Of a stretch of DNA of 64,000 bases, positions 62,831-64,000 are shown piece by piece. Made by a program: the position numbers and the translations under genes. Source of the stretch: Rhizobiaceae bacterium (GTDB lineage Bacteria; Pseudomonadota; Alphaproteobacteria; Rhizobiales; Rhizobiaceae); assembly GCA_019635715.1 (NCBI GenBank), contig JAHBYY010000011.1, positions 6,904-70,903 on the forward strand, read 5' to 3'. The notes beneath the pieces were generated by a model. The model saw only the letters and a program-made list of their open reading frames with translations, was not told the origin of the DNA and made no database searches. Each line of letters opens with the position of its first letter. Positions within the stretch are counted from its first letter, which is position 1.

Positions 62831-63310
62831 TCAGCCGTCTCCCCGAGCAGGCTCGGACGCTGCCCCCTTCCCCGAGATCCTGTTCATCTCGAGCAGGTCG
62901 AGCAGTTCTTTCCTGTTGCCGGCAATGTCGGCCAAGGTCATGCCGTCGAACACCGCGAGGAAGGCATCGAGCGCCCGGCCCACGACCCCCTTCAGCCGGC
63001 ACGACGGCGTGATCGCGCAGGTTCCGCCGCGGCGCATGCATTCGGTAAGGTCGAAGCCGTCCTCCATCTGACGAACGACCTCGCCCAGGTTGATGTCCTC
63101 GGGACTCCGCGCCAAGGCGATGCCGCCCGTGCGGCCGCGGGCGGTCGCCAGATAGCCGAGGCGCCCAAGCTTGAGAGCGACCTTCAGCAGATGGTTGCGC
63201 GATATCCCGAAGTCCGCCGCGACGTCGGTGACCCGGCATGGCCGTCCGCGATGTATCGTCAGATAGATGAGCATCCTCAGCGCGTAGTCGGTCTGAAGTG
63301 TCAGGCGCAT
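62831..63310 (-). CDS. nsrR: Rrf2-family NO-responsive regulator (NsrR-like)
   Basis: MRLTLQTDYALR, ISRNHLLKV, RGRTGG, three Cys in ECMRRGGTCAITPSC. Confidence 0.82.
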   Translation of the reverse strand: MRLTLQTDYALRMLIYLTIHRGRPCRVTDVAADFGISRNHLLKVALKLGRLGYLATARGRTGGIALARSPEDINLGEVVRQMEDGFDLTECMRRGGTCAITPSCRLKGVVGRALDAFLAVFDGMTLADIAGNRKELLDLLEMNRISGKGAASEPARGDG

Positions 63311-63454
63311 GCAGGCGATTCCCGATCGTGGAGACAGCAAGCGCCGATAGTAGACGATATGGGGTCGGCTACGCGACCGCCCCGGCGCGGTTGCCGCAGC
63401 CTGCGCCGAGGGCGCTGTTGAAGGCCGGACCGCGCGATCTTGGCAGCGCTCCCA

Positions 63455-63895
63455 TCAGCCGGCCGCCGTCGCGGGCCGCTCCAGCCGGAAGAACATGGCA
63501 AGCCTCAAGCTGCGGGCGATCCTCTCTGCCCTGTCCACGAACACCGCGGCAATCTCGGGCGGGCAGCGCTCGGCGGCGGTCCGCTGGAAATGGCCGAGCC
63601 AGATGTCGAAATCCCCGTCGCGTACCTGCTTGAGCTTCAGATGGGCGGGAACGGGACGGCCGCTGTAGCTGCCGTCCTTCATGATCACCGAACACCAGAA
63701 GTCTGTCATCTTCTCCAGGTGCGGCTCCCAGTCACCCTTGATCTCGGACGCGAAGATCGGACCAAGGCGGGGGTCGGCGCGCACTCTGGAATAGAAGTCG
63801 CGGACGAGCACGCCAATGAATGCGCGATCCACCAGGGGATCTACGAGCGGCTGCTCCGGCAAAGGACCGACTGGGTCCGGGCGGGAAGGGATCAT
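63455..63895 (-). CDS. Group III truncated haemoglobin
   Basis: LVRDFYSRVRADPRLGPIF, WEPHLEKMTDFW, YSGRPVPAH, FDIWLGHF, AERIARSL. Confidence 0.88.
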   Translation of the reverse strand: MIPSRPDPVGPLPEQPLVDPLVDRAFIGVLVRDFYSRVRADPRLGPIFASEIKGDWEPHLEKMTDFWCSVIMKDGSYSGRPVPAHLKLKQVRDGDFDIWLGHFQRTAAERCPPEIAAVFVDRAERIARSLRLAMFFRLERPATAAG

Positions 63896-63906
63896 CTGGC
63901 CACCAA

Positions 63907-63929
63907 AAGTAGTATCCTTTATGCTATTT
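63907..63929. promoter_or_regulatory. Putative NsrR/Rrf2 operator
   Basis: AAGTAGTAT-CCTTT-ATGCTATTT, an AT-rich 23-bp imperfect palindrome directly upstream of the trHb start. Confidence 0.5.
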
Positions 63930-64000
63930 TTATGAAGCGACGCGTCGGGCCGCAAGGGCATTAATGCATGTCATGAAATCCACACCGGGATCGTCGTCCG

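Overview
High-GC alphaproteobacterial chromosome segment; gene content and intergenic repeats suggest Rhizobiales, probably Mesorhizobium-like/Phyllobacteriaceae. About 1-40 kb is mostly core housekeeping: a Kef-type antiporter, ubiE-ubiB-coaBC interrupted by a FitAB/VapBC toxin-antitoxin pair, nucleoside salvage genes (ABC transporter, cdd, punA, deoA, add, upp, deoB), lnt-phrR-metK-trmB, mutM-enoyl-CoA hydratase-rpsT-dnaA-dnaN-recF, rbsK, an ada/ogt-like gene, nth, rnd, a DEAD-box helicase, a lone DUF2793 (GTA/phage tail-fibre-like) gene and several palindromic repeats. About 40.1-62.8 kb is an accessory catabolic block. It holds a complete aerobic nicotinate (maleamate) pathway (nicR-nicA-nicB / nicC-D-E-F-X). 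Directly adjacent is an uncharacterised-looking module: a PotABCD-type ABC importer, a second NicR-like MarR, GH63-like and GH106-like glycosidases, a strongly diverged MTAP-like phosphorylase (base-binding Asp replaced by Arg), and a PucR-type regulator with an NtaA/DszA-family monooxygenase and FMN reductase. The best candidate for a new system is a pathway that imports glycosylated or N-substituted nicotinate ('bound niacin') and releases nicotinate into the nic pathway; this is inference. The window ends with a group III truncated haemoglobin-nsrR pair. No tRNA, rRNA, CRISPR array, integrase or transposase was recognised. All family calls and alignments were made by eye, without database searches.
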